Shown here piece by piece: positions 9,487 to 19,707 of a DNA stretch of 64,000 nt. This stretch comes from Blastocatellia bacterium (GTDB taxonomy: Bacteria; Acidobacteriota; Blastocatellia; UBA7656): contig JBJMGU010000120.1 in NCBI GenBank assembly GCA_045807765.1, positions 778 through 64,777 of the forward strand, in the 5' to 3' direction. The notes under the pieces are model-generated. The model did no database searches, was not told the origin of the DNA, and worked only from the letters and a program-made list of their open reading frames with translations. The position numbers and the translations under genes were made by a program. The first letter of the stretch is position 1. The number at the start of each line of letters is the position of its first letter.

Positions 9487-12141
9487 CTACTCTGCCCGCA
9501 AGGTGATCGCCGGGTCAACGCGCGCCGCGCGCCACGCCGGCACCCAGCAAGCGACCGCCGATACGCTCGCCAGCAGCGCCATGACGCCGAGGTAGGTAAG
9601 CGGGTCGAGACGCGAGACGCCGAACAACAGCGACACCAGCGCCTGGCTGGCGGCCACCGCTCCGCTCACTCCGATGACCATGCCCAGCATGGTCATCGTC
9701 ATCCCCTGGCGAATCACCAGCGCCAGGATGTTGCCGCGGGTCGCGCCCAGCGCCAGCCGCACGCCGATCTCGCGCACGCGCTCGGTGACGCTGCCCGATA
9801 GCACACCGTAGATGCCCGTCGCTGCCAGCACCAGCGCCACGAGACCGAACGCTTCGAAGAGGGTCAGCGCGAAACGGCGCACGGCTGCCGATGCGGCAAG
9901 CAGGTCGTCCATCGTCGCGACTTTTACAATCGGCTGATCTTTATCCACAGACCAGATGGCTTTTCTGACGGCGGGCGCGAGCGCCGCCGCATCGCCGCGG
10001 GCGCGAACCACCAGCCACCGCGCCCTGTCTGCGAAAGGCTGCCACTGCGCGTTTGTAATGTAGACCGCATCCGTTTGATCGACCGCAAGCGATGTCTGTC
10101 TCACGTTGCCGACGACGCCGACGACCGTATTCCACGGTCCCGTGGTCGGGCCGATGCGCAACCGCTGGCCAATCGGGTCTTGATCGAGAAACTTGCTTTT
10201 CGCTAACGATTCGCTGATCAGCACCGCTGGCGGCGCCGCGGCGTTGTCGTGCTCGTCGAGCAAACGGCCACGGCGCAGCGGGATGGCCATAGCCTCGAAG
10301 TAGCCAGGGCTCACCGCATACCGCAAAGCGCCGTTATCGGCTTCGGAGCTACCCGTCGGGCTCGACTCGAAATGCACGCCATAGCCGTCTTCAAGATCGC
10401 CGCTCAGCGGCAACTGGCTGGTGAAAGCCGCCTCGGTAATACCGGGAAGCCGGCGCACTGCTTCCAGCGCCTGCGTGAAGAACAGATTGGTGGTTTCGTC
10501 GTTGAAGCGCTGTCCGGCGGCCTGCACTTGTATGGCGACCAGGTGCGACGTATCGAATCCGGGGGCAATCGCAAACAGACGTTGCATGCTGCGTAACAGC
10601 AGACCGGCGCCGACCAGCAGCACCAGCGCCAGCGCGACCTCGGCGACGACCAGCGTACGGCGCGTCAACTGATGCCCTCCTGTGCTGCGCCTTGAGCTTT
10701 GCTGCAAGCTGCCGTGCAGGTCGCTGCGCGAGGCGTCCAGCGCCGGAATCAACCCGACGACCAGCCCCATCACGGTAGTAATGCCGAAGGCGAAGGCGAA
10801 GACGCTGCCGTTGATGCCTATCGCGTCAGCGCGCGGCAGCCCCTGTGGACTGAGCGCCACCAATGCCTGTACGCCCATTACTGCCACCACCATGCCGAGC
10901 GCCCCGCCGATCACGGCAAGCAGCAAGCTCTCTGTGAGCAGTTGCCGCATCAATCTTTGGCGACCGGCACCGAGCGCGACGCGCACCGCGAATTCGCCGC
11001 GCCGCTGGGCGCCGCGAGCCAGCAGCAGATTGGTCACGTTCACGCAGGCAATCACCAGCACCAGCACAACCGCGCCAAGCACGGCGAGCAAGGCCGGTTT
11101 GACGCCGCCCGTGAGGTCGTCGTGCAGCGAATTCACCATCAAGCCATTACTGAGGTCGGCGTAGGGCGGCCTGGCGAATTCCGGCACAGGGTGTTGGGCG
11201 ATGGAATCAATCTCCTGGCGGGCTTGCTCGATGCCGACGCCCGGACGCAGCCGCCCGACCATGCGCAGGTGATGGCCCCACTCCCGGCTATCAGGTCGGA
11301 GCGTCGTGTCATACTGCAAGGGAGTCCAGACTTCCGCCGTGGGAGTCAGCAGATTCTCGAATGCCGCCGGCATCACGCCGATGACGGTATAGAGGTTGGC
11401 GTCGAGCGTGACTTGCTGGCCGACGATTGCGCGATCACCGCCGAAGCGCCGCCGCCACAGCTTATCGCCGAGAATGATCACGCGCGGGCCATTCAGTTGA
11501 TCGTCCGTCGCCTCGAAGTCTCTGCCCATCGCCGGCGTTACGCCGAGTGCGCGGAAGTACTCGGCGCTGACGCGCTGGCCATTGAATCGTTCAGGCTCGG
11601 TCGTGCCGGTCAAGGTCGGCTGCCAGGGCCGCATCACCGCCAGTTCATCAAACGAATGGCCGCGCTCGGCCAGCTCGCGATAGGTGCCGAAGGTGACGTA
11701 GAGGCGCGTGCCTTCGGCGCCGAAGTCCCAGAGCATTGCGATGCGGTCGGCTTGCGGATAGGGCAGCGGCTGAAACAGGATCGGATTGACGGCGCTGAAG
11801 ATCGCCGTACACGCGCCGATGCCGAGCGCCAGCGTCACGACCGCCACCGCCGTAAACCCCGGCGCTTTTCGCAGCATGCGCCGCGCATATCGCAGGTCTT
11901 TGAGCGTCGTTTCAATGAACGGCAGGCCGCGCCGGTCACGGTAGCGCTCTTTTACCTGCTCGACGCCGCCGAACTGGCGCAGGGCGGCGCGGCGCGCTTC
12001 GACGGGACTCATCCCGCGCCGCAGGTTCTCTTCGGTTTCCATCTCCAGATGCGCGCTGATCTCTTCGTCTAGCTCGCGCTCCAGCCGGCTCGTCAATAGC
12101 ACCGCCCGCAGACGGTGAAAGAAGATGCGCAGTCCGTTCAT
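9487..12141 (-). CDS. ADOP-family duplicated FtsX/MacB-type ABC permease
   Basis: 884 aa. Conserved ADOP N-terminus (FFHRLRAVLLTSRLERELDEEISAHLEME...RRAALRQFGGVEQVKE) and two MacB_PCD/FtsX modules. Confidence 0.85.
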   Translation of the reverse strand: MNGLRIFFHRLRAVLLTSRLERELDEEISAHLEMETEENLRRGMSPVEARRAALRQFGGVEQVKERYRDRRGLPFIETTLKDLRYARRMLRKAPGFTAVAVVTLALGIGACTAIFSAVNPILFQPLPYPQADRIAMLWDFGAEGTRLYVTFGTYRELAERGHSFDELAVMRPWQPTLTGTTEPERFNGQRVSAEYFRALGVTPAMGRDFEATDDQLNGPRVIILGDKLWRRRFGGDRAIVGQQVTLDANLYTVIGVMPAAFENLLTPTAEVWTPLQYDTTLRPDSREWGHHLRMVGRLRPGVGIEQARQEIDSIAQHPVPEFARPPYADLSNGLMVNSLHDDLTGGVKPALLAVLGAVVLVLVIACVNVTNLLLARGAQRRGEFAVRVALGAGRQRLMRQLLTESLLLAVIGGALGMVVAVMGVQALVALSPQGLPRADAIGINGSVFAFAFGITTVMGLVVGLIPALDASRSDLHGSLQQSSRRSTGGHQLTRRTLVVAEVALALVLLVGAGLLLRSMQRLFAIAPGFDTSHLVAIQVQAAGQRFNDETTNLFFTQALEAVRRLPGITEAAFTSQLPLSGDLEDGYGVHFESSPTGSSEADNGALRYAVSPGYFEAMAIPLRRGRLLDEHDNAAAPPAVLISESLAKSKFLDQDPIGQRLRIGPTTGPWNTVVGVVGNVRQTSLAVDQTDAVYITNAQWQPFADRARWLVVRARGDAAALAPAVRKAIWSVDKDQPIVKVATMDDLLAASAAVRRFALTLFEAFGLVALVLAATGIYGVLSGSVTERVREIGVRLALGATRGNILALVIRQGMTMTMLGMVIGVSGAVAASQALVSLLFGVSRLDPLTYLGVMALLASVSAVACWVPAWRAARVDPAITLRAE

Positions 12142-12144
12142 CGC

Positions 12145-12486
12145 TTAGCCCTCCGACGGCGCCAGGAACCGTTCGATAATGTCCGCCGCCCGCCGCCAGG
12201 TCTTCTCTTCTTCGGCAAGCTGTTTACGCCCGGCGCGGGTGATCGAGTAATACTTCGCCCGGCGGTTGTTGTCTGAAACGCCCCACTCAGTAGCGATCCA
12301 GCCCATCTGCTCCAATTGCAAGAGCGCCGGGTAGATCGTTCCCTGGTTGAGCTGCAAGAGGTCGCCGCTGGTCTGCTCGATGCGCCGGGCGATGCCATAG
12401 CCGTGCAGCGGCCCGAGGCTATCGAGCGTCTTCAGCACCATCAGGTTGAGGGTGCCCGGCAGAATGTCGTGCTTGTCCTGTCCCAT
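12145..12486 (-). CDS. PadR-family transcriptional regulator
   Basis: [28 protein letters not shown]...GTIYPALLQLEQMGW winged helix. ATG 12486 is preceded by AGGAGA. A 4-nt gap separates it from the downstream ADOP gene. Confidence 0.85.
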   Translation of the reverse strand: MGQDKHDILPGTLNLMVLKTLDSLGPLHGYGIARRIEQTSGDLLQLNQGTIYPALLQLEQMGWIATEWGVSDNNRRAKYYSITRAGRKQLAEEEKTWRRAADIIERFLAPSEG

Positions 12487-12501
12487 ATGTCTCCTGTTGA
12501 T

Positions 12502-12545
12502 AAGCAACACGAGTCTACACTATTTCCTGTAGGCAAGCAACACGA
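12502..12545 (-). promoter_or_regulatory. Candidate promoter/operator of PadR-ADOP operon 1 (direct repeats TCGTGTTGCTT x2)
   Basis: On the minus strand: TTGCTT, 17 nt, TAGACT. The 11-nt repeat occurs at 12502-12512 and 12535-12545, one copy over the -35 and one just downstream of the -10. Confidence 0.45.
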
Positions 12546-12581
12546 AAACGAAGGTCACGGCGAACGTCCGCCCGCCAAGCC

Positions 12582-12630
12582 TTGACATTCTAGGCATCCC
12601 TTTCTATGATGCTTTGGCATTCTAGGCATC
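12582..12630 (+). promoter_or_regulatory. Near-consensus sigma70 promoter plus direct-repeat operator of PadR-ADOP operon 2
   Basis: TTGACA (12582-12587), 17-nt spacer, TATGAT (12605-12610). The 13-nt repeat CATTCTAGGCATC occurs at 12586-12598 (over -35/spacer) and 12618-12630 (just after -10). Confidence 0.6.
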
Positions 12631-12655
12631 AACGAATCGGAGAGGAGAACGGCGA

Positions 12656-12988
12656 GTGACACAACAGAAGGCCGACCTGTTACAGGGCACACTCGACATG
12701 CTGATCCTGAAAGCTGTCAGCCTCGGGCCGCTGCACGGCTATGGCATCATCCAGCGCATCCGTCAGATGTCGGGCGAGATGCTCCACGTCGAGCAAGGCT
12801 CGCTCTACCCGGCGCTCTACCGCATCGAGCAGAAGGGCTGGGTCACTTCCGACTGGGACACGCACGAGACTGGTCGCCGCGCCAAGTTCTACAAGCTGAC
12901 GCGGGCCGGGCGCAAACAGCTCGAAGCCGAAGAGGCAAGCTGGGATCGTCTTGTGCTGGCCGTCACCAAAGTGCGGCAGGCCACCTGA
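12656..12988 (+). CDS. PadR-family transcriptional regulator
   Basis: [27 protein letters not shown]...[18 protein letters not shown] start with GGAGAGGAG upstream. Confidence 0.85.
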   Translation: MTQQKADLLQGTLDMLILKAVSLGPLHGYGIIQRIRQMSGEMLHVEQGSLYPALYRIEQKGWVTSDWDTHETGRRAKFYKLTRAGRKQLEAEEASWDRLVLAVTKVRQAT

Positions 12989-13001
12989 AGGGCAGACGCA
13001 G

Positions 13002-15662
13002 ATGAAGTGGTTCAATATTCTTTCAGCCCGTTTGCGCGCGCTGCTCGGGCGCGAGGCGCTGCTCAGCGACATTGACGAAGAGATGCGCCTGCACGTCGAG
13101 ATGGAAGTCGAGGCCAACATCGCGCGCGGCATGGCGCCGGACGAAGCGCGCCGCGCCGCGCTCAGAGCTTTCGGCAACCTCGGCGTCATCAGAGACACGG
13201 CTTACGAGATCAGGGGAGGGGGCTTTATGGAAACGCTATTGCAAGACATTCGCTACGGTGCGCGCGTGCTGGTCAAGCACAGAGGGTTCACGGCAGTCGC
13301 CGTGATCACGCTCGCTTTAGGCATCGGTGCGAACACGGCAATCTTCTCTGTGGTCAACGACCTGCTCTTGCGCCCGCTGCCCTTTCGCGAAGCTGACCGG
13401 CTGGTGATGCTGTGGGAGGTCACGCCGGAAGGCCGGCACCAGAACACCACTTCGCGCGCCAACTTCCTCGGCTGGCGCGAGCAGAACACCGTCTTCGAAA
13501 GCATGGCGGCGTTTTCGGATCAGCGGGTCAGCCTGACCGGCAATGGCGAGCCTGAAGAAGTCGCATTGCAGCTCGCCACGCCTGAGCTGTTCAGCGTCTT
13601 AGGCGTCGAGCCCGCTCTCGGTCGCGGCTTTACAGAGGAGGACGGGCGCGAGCAAGCGCCCAACGTCGCGGTGCTGGGCTATGGCATCTGGCGGCGGCGC
13701 TTCGGCGGTGATCCGCAGATCGTCGGCCAGAAGATCATGCTCAACACCGTGCCTTGCACAGTGATCGGTGTGCTTCCTGCGCATTTTGAGTGGCACATTC
13801 GCAAGCGCTCGGGCACGGGCAAGCCCGCAGAAATCTGGACGATCCTGGCGATGCCGAAGGAGGGGCCGGCTCTGCTTGGCCGCTTTCTTTCGACCGTGGC
13901 GCGCTTGAAGCCCGGCGTCACGATGGCGCAGGCACAGGCCGAGATGACGACCATCGCCGCCCGCCTCGAACAGGATAACCGCTACAACAAGGGGTTCACC
14001 GCGGAAGTCGTGCCACTGCGCGAGCAATTTGTCGGCAATGTCCGGCCCGCTCTCTTAATCTTGCTCGGCGCGGTGGCTTTTGTATTGTTAATCGCCTGCG
14101 CCAACGTCGCCAATCTGTTGCTCGCCAGAGCCGCGGCGCGCGAGAAAGAGATTGCCGTGCGCACGGCGCTCGGCGCCGGTCGCCGGCGCATCGTCCGACA
14201 GTTGTTGACTGAAAGCCTGCTGCTCGCCTTGATGGGCAGCCTGCTCGGACTGGGGCTGGCATGGTGGGGCACAGGGGCGCTGGTGGCAATCAGCCCGCGC
14301 GACGTCGTCAACCTGCAAGGCGTCGGCATCAATCTGACGGTGCTGCTCTGGACGCTGCTGGTTTCGCTTTTGACCGGCATCATCTTCGGCCTGGCGCCGG
14401 CGATGGAAGCGACGCGCCTGAATCTCAACGACGCGCTTAAAGAAGGCGGCAAGGGGGCTGAAGGACAGGGCACCCGCAGCCGCCGCCTGCGCAGTGCGCT
14501 GGTGATTGCCGAAGTCGCGCTGGCGCTCGTGCTGTTGGTGAGCGCCGGATTGCTGATAAAGAGCTTCACCCGCCTGCGCCAGATTGACACGGGCTTCGAC
14601 ACCAACAACGTCTTGACGATGGTCGTCAACCTGCCGGCCCGCAAGTACAAGGAAGACCCGCAAGTCGTCACCTTCTTCCAGCAAGCGATGGAGCGCATAC
14701 GGGCGCTGCCCGGCGTGCGCGCCGCCGGCATGGTGAACTACCTGCCGTTGTATGGAGGGCTGGGTACGACGACCGACTTCACCATCGAAGGTCGGCCCGC
14801 CCCGCCGCCGGGCGAAGAACCCGCGACCAACGTGCGCGTTGCGGATTCTGGTTACTTCGGCGCGATGAATATCCCCTTGCTGCGCGGTCGCAACTTCAGC
14901 GAGGTTGAAGACAGCCAGTCGCGCCACACGGTCATCATCAGCGAATCTATGGCGCGGCAGCACTTCCCTGGCGAAGACCCCATCGGCAAGACGATCACCG
15001 TTGATATGTTCGAGAAGCCGAACCCGACGCAAATTATCGGCGTCGTCGGTGACGCGCGCTACGACAGCCTGACCGACGCGGCGGAGCCGATGGTCTATTT
15101 TCCGCTCCCAGAGCTTACCTACTCGTTTATGACGCTGGCCATTCGCACCGACAACGATCCGGGGGCGATGACTGCGGCGGTGCGCGACGTGATCCACGCT
15201 ATAGACGCGGACCAGCCGATCTCTGACGTGCGTACAATGAATCAAGTGATGGCTACCACACTGGGCCGTGCCCGCTTTAACACGCTGCTGCTCGGATTAT
15301 TCGCGGGGCTGGCGACGCTGCTCGCAGGAGTCGGCATCTTCGGCGTGATGAACTACTCGGTGACGTTGCGGACGCGCGAGATCGGCATTCGCATGGCGCT
15401 CGGCGCACAGCCCGGCCAGGTGCTGATGCTCGTGCTCAAGCAAGGTCTTCTGCTTACGACGGTCGGCATCGGCATCGGACTTGGCGGCGCGCTGTTGCTG
15501 ACGCGGCTGATATCGGGATTGCTTTTCGGAGTAGCAGCCACCGACCCGATGACCTTTGCCGCCATCGTGCTGCTGCTCGCGGTCGTGTCACTGATAGCCT
15601 GCTACATCCCGGCGCGGCGGGCGACGCGCCTCGACCCACTGATCGGCTTGCGCTACGAATAA
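13002..15662 (+). CDS. ADOP-family duplicated FtsX/MacB-type ABC permease
   Basis: Likely start [35 protein letters not shown] at 13002. Two FtsX permease modules. Paralogous to 9487-12141. Confidence 0.85.
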   Translation: MKWFNILSARLRALLGREALLSDIDEEMRLHVEMEVEANIARGMAPDEARRAALRAFGNLGVIRDTAYEIRGGGFMETLLQDIRYGARVLVKHRGFTAVAVITLALGIGANTAIFSVVNDLLLRPLPFREADRLVMLWEVTPEGRHQNTTSRANFLGWREQNTVFESMAAFSDQRVSLTGNGEPEEVALQLATPELFSVLGVEPALGRGFTEEDGREQAPNVAVLGYGIWRRRFGGDPQIVGQKIMLNTVPCTVIGVLPAHFEWHIRKRSGTGKPAEIWTILAMPKEGPALLGRFLSTVARLKPGVTMAQAQAEMTTIAARLEQDNRYNKGFTAEVVPLREQFVGNVRPALLILLGAVAFVLLIACANVANLLLARAAAREKEIAVRTALGAGRRRIVRQLLTESLLLALMGSLLGLGLAWWGTGALVAISPRDVVNLQGVGINLTVLLWTLLVSLLTGIIFGLAPAMEATRLNLNDALKEGGKGAEGQGTRSRRLRSALVIAEVALALVLLVSAGLLIKSFTRLRQIDTGFDTNNVLTMVVNLPARKYKEDPQVVTFFQQAMERIRALPGVRAAGMVNYLPLYGGLGTTTDFTIEGRPAPPPGEEPATNVRVADSGYFGAMNIPLLRGRNFSEVEDSQSRHTVIISESMARQHFPGEDPIGKTITVDMFEKPNPTQIIGVVGDARYDSLTDAAEPMVYFPLPELTYSFMTLAIRTDNDPGAMTAAVRDVIHAIDADQPISDVRTMNQVMATTLGRARFNTLLLGLFAGLATLLAGVGIFGVMNYSVTLRTREIGIRMALGAQPGQVLMLVLKQGLLLTTVGIGIGLGGALLLTRLISGLLFGVAATDPMTFAAIVLLLAVVSLIACYIPARRATRLDPLIGLRYE

Positions 15663-15664
15663 GG

Positions 15665-15739
15665 AACCACAGATGAACACAGATAAACACAGATAGAAAA
15701 TCTTCTCTTATCCGTGTTCATCTGTGTTCATCTGTGGTT
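15665..15739. terminator. Long hairpin whose arms are tandem 10-mers (ACAGATGAAC-like), probable terminator
   Basis: Left arm AACCACAGATGAACACAGATAAACACAGATA. Right arm TATCCGTGTTCATCTGTGTTCATCTGTGGTT, followed by TTCATTT. Arms are about 31 nt with 2-3 mismatches, immediately after the ADOP stop. Confidence 0.6.
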
Positions 15740-15822
15740 TCATTTCCTGCCGTCGTTTCGCTATACTCCTCTTTCAAAGAAATCCCGCAAGATGTGCTCC
15801 AATACTCCTGTGAGGTAAGACT

Positions 15823-18800
15823 GTGTTGCGCAAGATAGCCGTCTGTCTATTGATTCTTTCATTCGCGTTCTCTGTTCAAGCTCAACCACCGCAGGCGAAG
15901 CCTGACGCGCCGAAAGACGCGGCAAAGAAGCCCGAAGCCTGGGACGTCGAAGGCGACCACGGCCCCTCGACGCTCGTCGAATTCGACACCGACGAAGGCA
16001 CCTGGATGAGTTGCGACGTGTCGCCCGATGGCCAGTGGATCGTCTTCGACCTGCTGGGCGACATCTACAAAATGCCGATTGCCGGCGGCAAGGCCGAGCT
16101 GCTCGCGGGTGGCCAGTCGTGGGAAGCGCAGCCGCGCTTCAGCCCCGATGGTCGCCTCATCGCCTTCACCTCGGACCGCGACGGCGGCGACAACATCTGG
16201 GTGATGGACAGCGACGGCAAGAACCGCCGGCAGGTAACGAAAGAGACTTACCGGCTGGTCAACTCGCCTGCATGGACGCCCGACGGTCAGTACCTCGTCG
16301 TGCGCAAGCACTTCGTCGATCAGCGTTCGTTGGGCGCGGGCGAAATCTGGATGTATCACGTCACCGGCGGCAATGGGGTTCAGCTCACAGAAAAGCCGAA
16401 CTGGACGGCGAACGGCGGCGAGCCGGCGGTTGACCCCAAAGGCCGCTTCGTCTACTTCGTACAGAGCACGGCCTTCGATTACAACAAGAACGTCTATGAT
16501 TCGATCTACTGGATCGAGCGTTACGACACGACCAACGGGCGACGCGCGGTCTTCGTGCGCGGCTCGGGCGGCGCGATCCGCCCGCAGGTTTCGCCCGATG
16601 GCCGCTATCTCTCGTTCATCCGCCGCGACGGCTTGAAGACCGCACTCTACCTGCGCGAGATCAGTAGCGGGCGCGAGTGGCCCGTCTACGACAACCTGAC
16701 GCGCGACCAGCAGGAGACCTGGGCGGTCTTCGGCACTTACCCCGCTTACAATTGGACGCCCGACGGTCAGAGCATCATTATCACCGCGCAAGGCAAGTTC
16801 GTGCGCGTTGACGTGAACCGCAAGCAGGCGACGCCGATTCCCTTCACGGCGCACGTCGCGCAGAAAGTTACAGAGGCCGTGCGCTTCGCACAACCAGTCG
16901 CGCCCGACCGCGATAACGCCAAGCTGCTGCGCTGGGCGAAAAAGAATAACGACCGGATCATCTACAGCGCGCTCGGCAAGCTCTACGTCAAGGAAGGCGA
17001 TGCCGCGCCGCGCCGCTTGCTTAACACGGCGGCTCTCGAATATGCGCCGAGTTTCAGCGCCGACGGCAGTAAGATCACCTACGTTACCTGGACGGACGCC
17101 GACAAGGGCGCGGTCTGGGTGGCGAACGCCGACGGCTCGAACGCCCGCAAGATCACGACCGTCGGAGATCAGTACGCGAATCCGGTTTTCTCGCCCGACG
17201 GCGCGAAGGTCGCGTACCTGAAAGGTCGCGGCAGCGTTTACCACGAGGAAGACCTGGCGAGCGAATCCACCTTCGAGATTCATTACTGGGACGGCAGCGA
17301 GCACCATTACGTCATTGACGTCTTCAGCCGCGGCTCGAACGCGCGCATGCCCATCCTGAGCTTTGACCCGACCGGCGAGCGCATTCATTTCATGGAGTCG
17401 AAGCCTGTGCCCACGGGCGGCGCGACCACTTATCTGAGCAGCGTCAAGCTCACGGGCGACGATTACAAACAGCACATCGAATCGAAGTACGCGGCGGAGC
17501 TCATCCCGTCGCCGGATGGCCGCTGGGTGGCGTTCAAGGAACTGCACAAGCTCTACGTCGCGCCGCTGCCGCAGACCGGCAAGCTACTGAAGCTGTCGGC
17601 GACCGAAACCGTCGTGCCGGTAAAGACGCTATCGAATGCTTCGGGCGATTGGCTCGCGTGGTCGCGCGACAGCCGCAGCGTGCAGTGGACGGCGGGCGAG
17701 AACTTCTTCGAGCAATCGCTTGAAAACGTCACGCGCCCGCTGGCCAAAGATGAGAAAGCGCCGGAGCCGCGCGCCGTGAAGATCGGCTTCGAGTTCGAGA
17801 CGGCGCGCCCGCACGGTTTGGTGGCGCTGACGAACGCCCGCCTCATCACGATGAAAGGCGACGAGGTCATCGAGCGCGGCACCATCCTCATCGAAGACAA
17901 CCGCATCAAGGCCATCGGCGCGAACGTCAACCTTCCGGCCAATGCGCGGCGCATTGACATGGCCGGCAAGACCATTCTGCCCGGCCTGGTAGACGTACAC
18001 GCGCACATGGGCTACAACACGCTCGACATCATGCCCGAACGCCAGTGGCCGTATTACGCCAACCTCGCCTATGGCGTGACGACGACGCACGACCCGTCGG
18101 CCTCGACGCAACTGGTCTTCGCGCAGTCCGAGATGGTCAAAGCGGGCGCGATGGTCGGGCCGCGCGTCTTCTCTACGGGGTATATCCTCTACGGCGCGGA
18201 GAACGTCGAGAAGACGGTCATTAACGGCTACGACGACGCCAAAGCGAGTCTCGAACGCATGAAGGCGGTCGGCGCATTCAGCGTGAAAAGCTACAACCAG
18301 CCGCGCCGCAACCAGCGGCAGCAGATCATCAAGGCGGCGCGCGACCTCCAGATGATGGTGGTGCCCGAAGGCGGCTCGACTTACTTTTACAATATGACCG
18401 AGATACTCGATGGCCACACCGGCATCGAGCATGCCTTGCCGGTCGCGCCGCTCTACAAAGACGCGATCCAGCTTTTCGCCAAGAGTAAGACGGGCTACAC
18501 GCCGACTTTGATCGTCGGCTACGGCGGCATCTGGGGCGAGAACTACTGGTATCAGCACTCGAACGTCTGGGAGAACGAGCACCTGATGCGCTTTACGCCG
18601 CGCGCTGTCATTGACGAGCGCGCCCGCCGCCGTCTGATGGTGCCCGAAGACGACTTTTACCACTTCGAGCTGGCGAAGTCTGCCAAAGACGTGCTGCGCG
18701 CCGGCGGCCATGTGCAACTCGGCGCCCACGGCCAGCTTCAAGGATTGGGGGCGCACTGGGAGTTGTGGATGTTGCAGCAGGGCGGCATGACGCCGATGGA

Positions 18801-19041
18801 GGCGATCCGCTGCGGCACCCTCTACGGCGCGCAGTACCTCGGCCTTGATAAAGAGACCGGCTCGCTCGAAGCCGGCAAGCTCGCCGACCTGATGGTGACG
18901 GATAAGAACCCGCTCGACAATATCCGCAACAGCGAAACGATCCGCTTCGTGATGATCAACGGCGTGCTCTACGACACAGGCAACATGGACGAGGTCTATC
19001 CCGAAGCCAGGCCGCGCGCCAGATTCTTCTGGGAGCGTTAA
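15823..19041 (+). CDS. TolB-like beta-propeller (PD40 repeats) fused to amidohydrolase-family domain, secreted
   Basis: Signal peptide. FSPDGRLIAFTSDRDGGDNIWVMDSDG-type PD40 repeats. C-terminal ILPGLVDVHAHMG metal-binding motif of the amidohydrolase superfamily. Confidence 0.8.
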   Translation: MLRKIAVCLLILSFAFSVQAQPPQAKPDAPKDAAKKPEAWDVEGDHGPSTLVEFDTDEGTWMSCDVSPDGQWIVFDLLGDIYKMPIAGGKAELLAGGQSWEAQPRFSPDGRLIAFTSDRDGGDNIWVMDSDGKNRRQVTKETYRLVNSPAWTPDGQYLVVRKHFVDQRSLGAGEIWMYHVTGGNGVQLTEKPNWTANGGEPAVDPKGRFVYFVQSTAFDYNKNVYDSIYWIERYDTTNGRRAVFVRGSGGAIRPQVSPDGRYLSFIRRDGLKTALYLREISSGREWPVYDNLTRDQQETWAVFGTYPAYNWTPDGQSIIITAQGKFVRVDVNRKQATPIPFTAHVAQKVTEAVRFAQPVAPDRDNAKLLRWAKKNNDRIIYSALGKLYVKEGDAAPRRLLNTAALEYAPSFSADGSKITYVTWTDADKGAVWVANADGSNARKITTVGDQYANPVFSPDGAKVAYLKGRGSVYHEEDLASESTFEIHYWDGSEHHYVIDVFSRGSNARMPILSFDPTGERIHFMESKPVPTGGATTYLSSVKLTGDDYKQHIESKYAAELIPSPDGRWVAFKELHKLYVAPLPQTGKLLKLSATETVVPVKTLSNASGDWLAWSRDSRSVQWTAGENFFEQSLENVTRPLAKDEKAPEPRAVKIGFEFETARPHGLVALTNARLITMKGDEVIERGTILIEDNRIKAIGANVNLPANARRIDMAGKTILPGLVDVHAHMGYNTLDIMPERQWPYYANLAYGVTTTHDPSASTQLVFAQSEMVKAGAMVGPRVFSTGYILYGAENVEKTVINGYDDAKASLERMKAVGAFSVKSYNQPRRNQRQQIIKAARDLQMMVVPEGGSTYFYNMTEILDGHTGIEHALPVAPLYKDAIQLFAKSKTGYTPTLIVGYGGIWGENYWYQHSNVWENEHLMRFTPRAVIDERARRRLMVPEDDFYHFELAKSAKDVLRAGGHVQLGAHGQLQGLGAHWELWMLQQGGMTPMEAIRCGTLYGAQYLGLDKETGSLEAGKLADLMVTDKNPLDNIRNSETIRFVMINGVLYDTGNMDEVYPEARPRARFFWER

Positions 19042-19176
19042 GCAGCGGGACCATTCTTCACGGCAAAGGCGGGCACTTGGGGTTTCCCCTAATGGGATGG
19101 CGCGGCGCGCAAATTCCTATTGCATAAAGCCTAAACGCTATGTCAGCATTATCCAGGCTCTCTCAGGTCTGGAGGT

Positions 19177-19581
19177 TTGACGATGGAGACCGAGTCGGCT
19201 ACGGTGCTTCTGATCGAAGATCATGAAGACACGCGTAAGATGCTTTCACTGCTGTTCGACGAATGGGGCTATCGGGCGACAATCGCGCCGACTGCCACCG
19301 AAGGTTTGAAACATCTGCTCGAACAACGCTTCGACCTGATTATTCTCGACAACTGGCTTCCCGACCTCGACGGCGTCGAGCTTTGCCGTCAGGTGCGCGC
19401 CGATGACCGGCAGACGCCTGTCATCTTTTACTCGGCCTCCGGCATGGGCAGCGAAGACCGCGAGGCGATGGATGTGGGCGCCAACGCCTTCGTCTCGAAG
19501 AGCGGCAGCCTCGGCGAGCTGCGCGAGACCATGACCGCACAGCTAAAGAAGATCAACGGCAAAGCCTTCAAACACGCTTGA
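19177..19581 (+). CDS. Stand-alone response-regulator receiver domain protein
   Basis: LLIEDHEDTRKML...FDLIILDNWLPDLDGVELCRQVR...VIFYSA (CheY-like acidic pocket and phospho-acceptor Asp). An ATG at 19183 is an alternative start. Confidence 0.8.
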   Translation: MTMETESATVLLIEDHEDTRKMLSLLFDEWGYRATIAPTATEGLKHLLEQRFDLIILDNWLPDLDGVELCRQVRADDRQTPVIFYSASGMGSEDREAMDVGANAFVSKSGSLGELRETMTAQLKKINGKAFKHA

Positions 19582-19707
19582 GCCTTTACGGCGAACACGC
19601 GATCTGAAAAGAAAAAAGTAACCGGCGGCATTGCCCGCCAGTACATGAAGCTTCCAAGCCTTGCACGCACGATTGCACGAATACCGCATCTACTTAGGAG
19701 GACAGCT

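Noticed and set aside
9463-9801. A 112-aa plus-strand ORF after the SLT remnant.
   Set aside because: It is entirely antisense to the 3' end of the ADOP permease gene and is His/Arg/Gln-rich, so it is an artefact.
15665-15739. Whether the tandem-repeat hairpins, or the three 92-bp repeats, could be a CRISPR array.
   Set aside because: There is no regular repeat-spacer periodicity and no cas genes. The hairpin arms are complementary tandem units, and the 92-bp repeats are each separated by whole genes.
15859-17547. Long antisense or overlapping ORFs in the track, including 15859-17547(-), 10699-12072(+), 14088-15245(-), 17629-18756(-), 35735-37522(+), 59048-61048(+), 5931-6944(+), 19837-20790(-) and 32460-33335(+).
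   Set aside because: They lie opposite or out of frame to ORFs with clear family signatures. They are Arg/Ala/Gly/Pro-rich with no motifs, the usual open-frame artefact of high-GC DNA.
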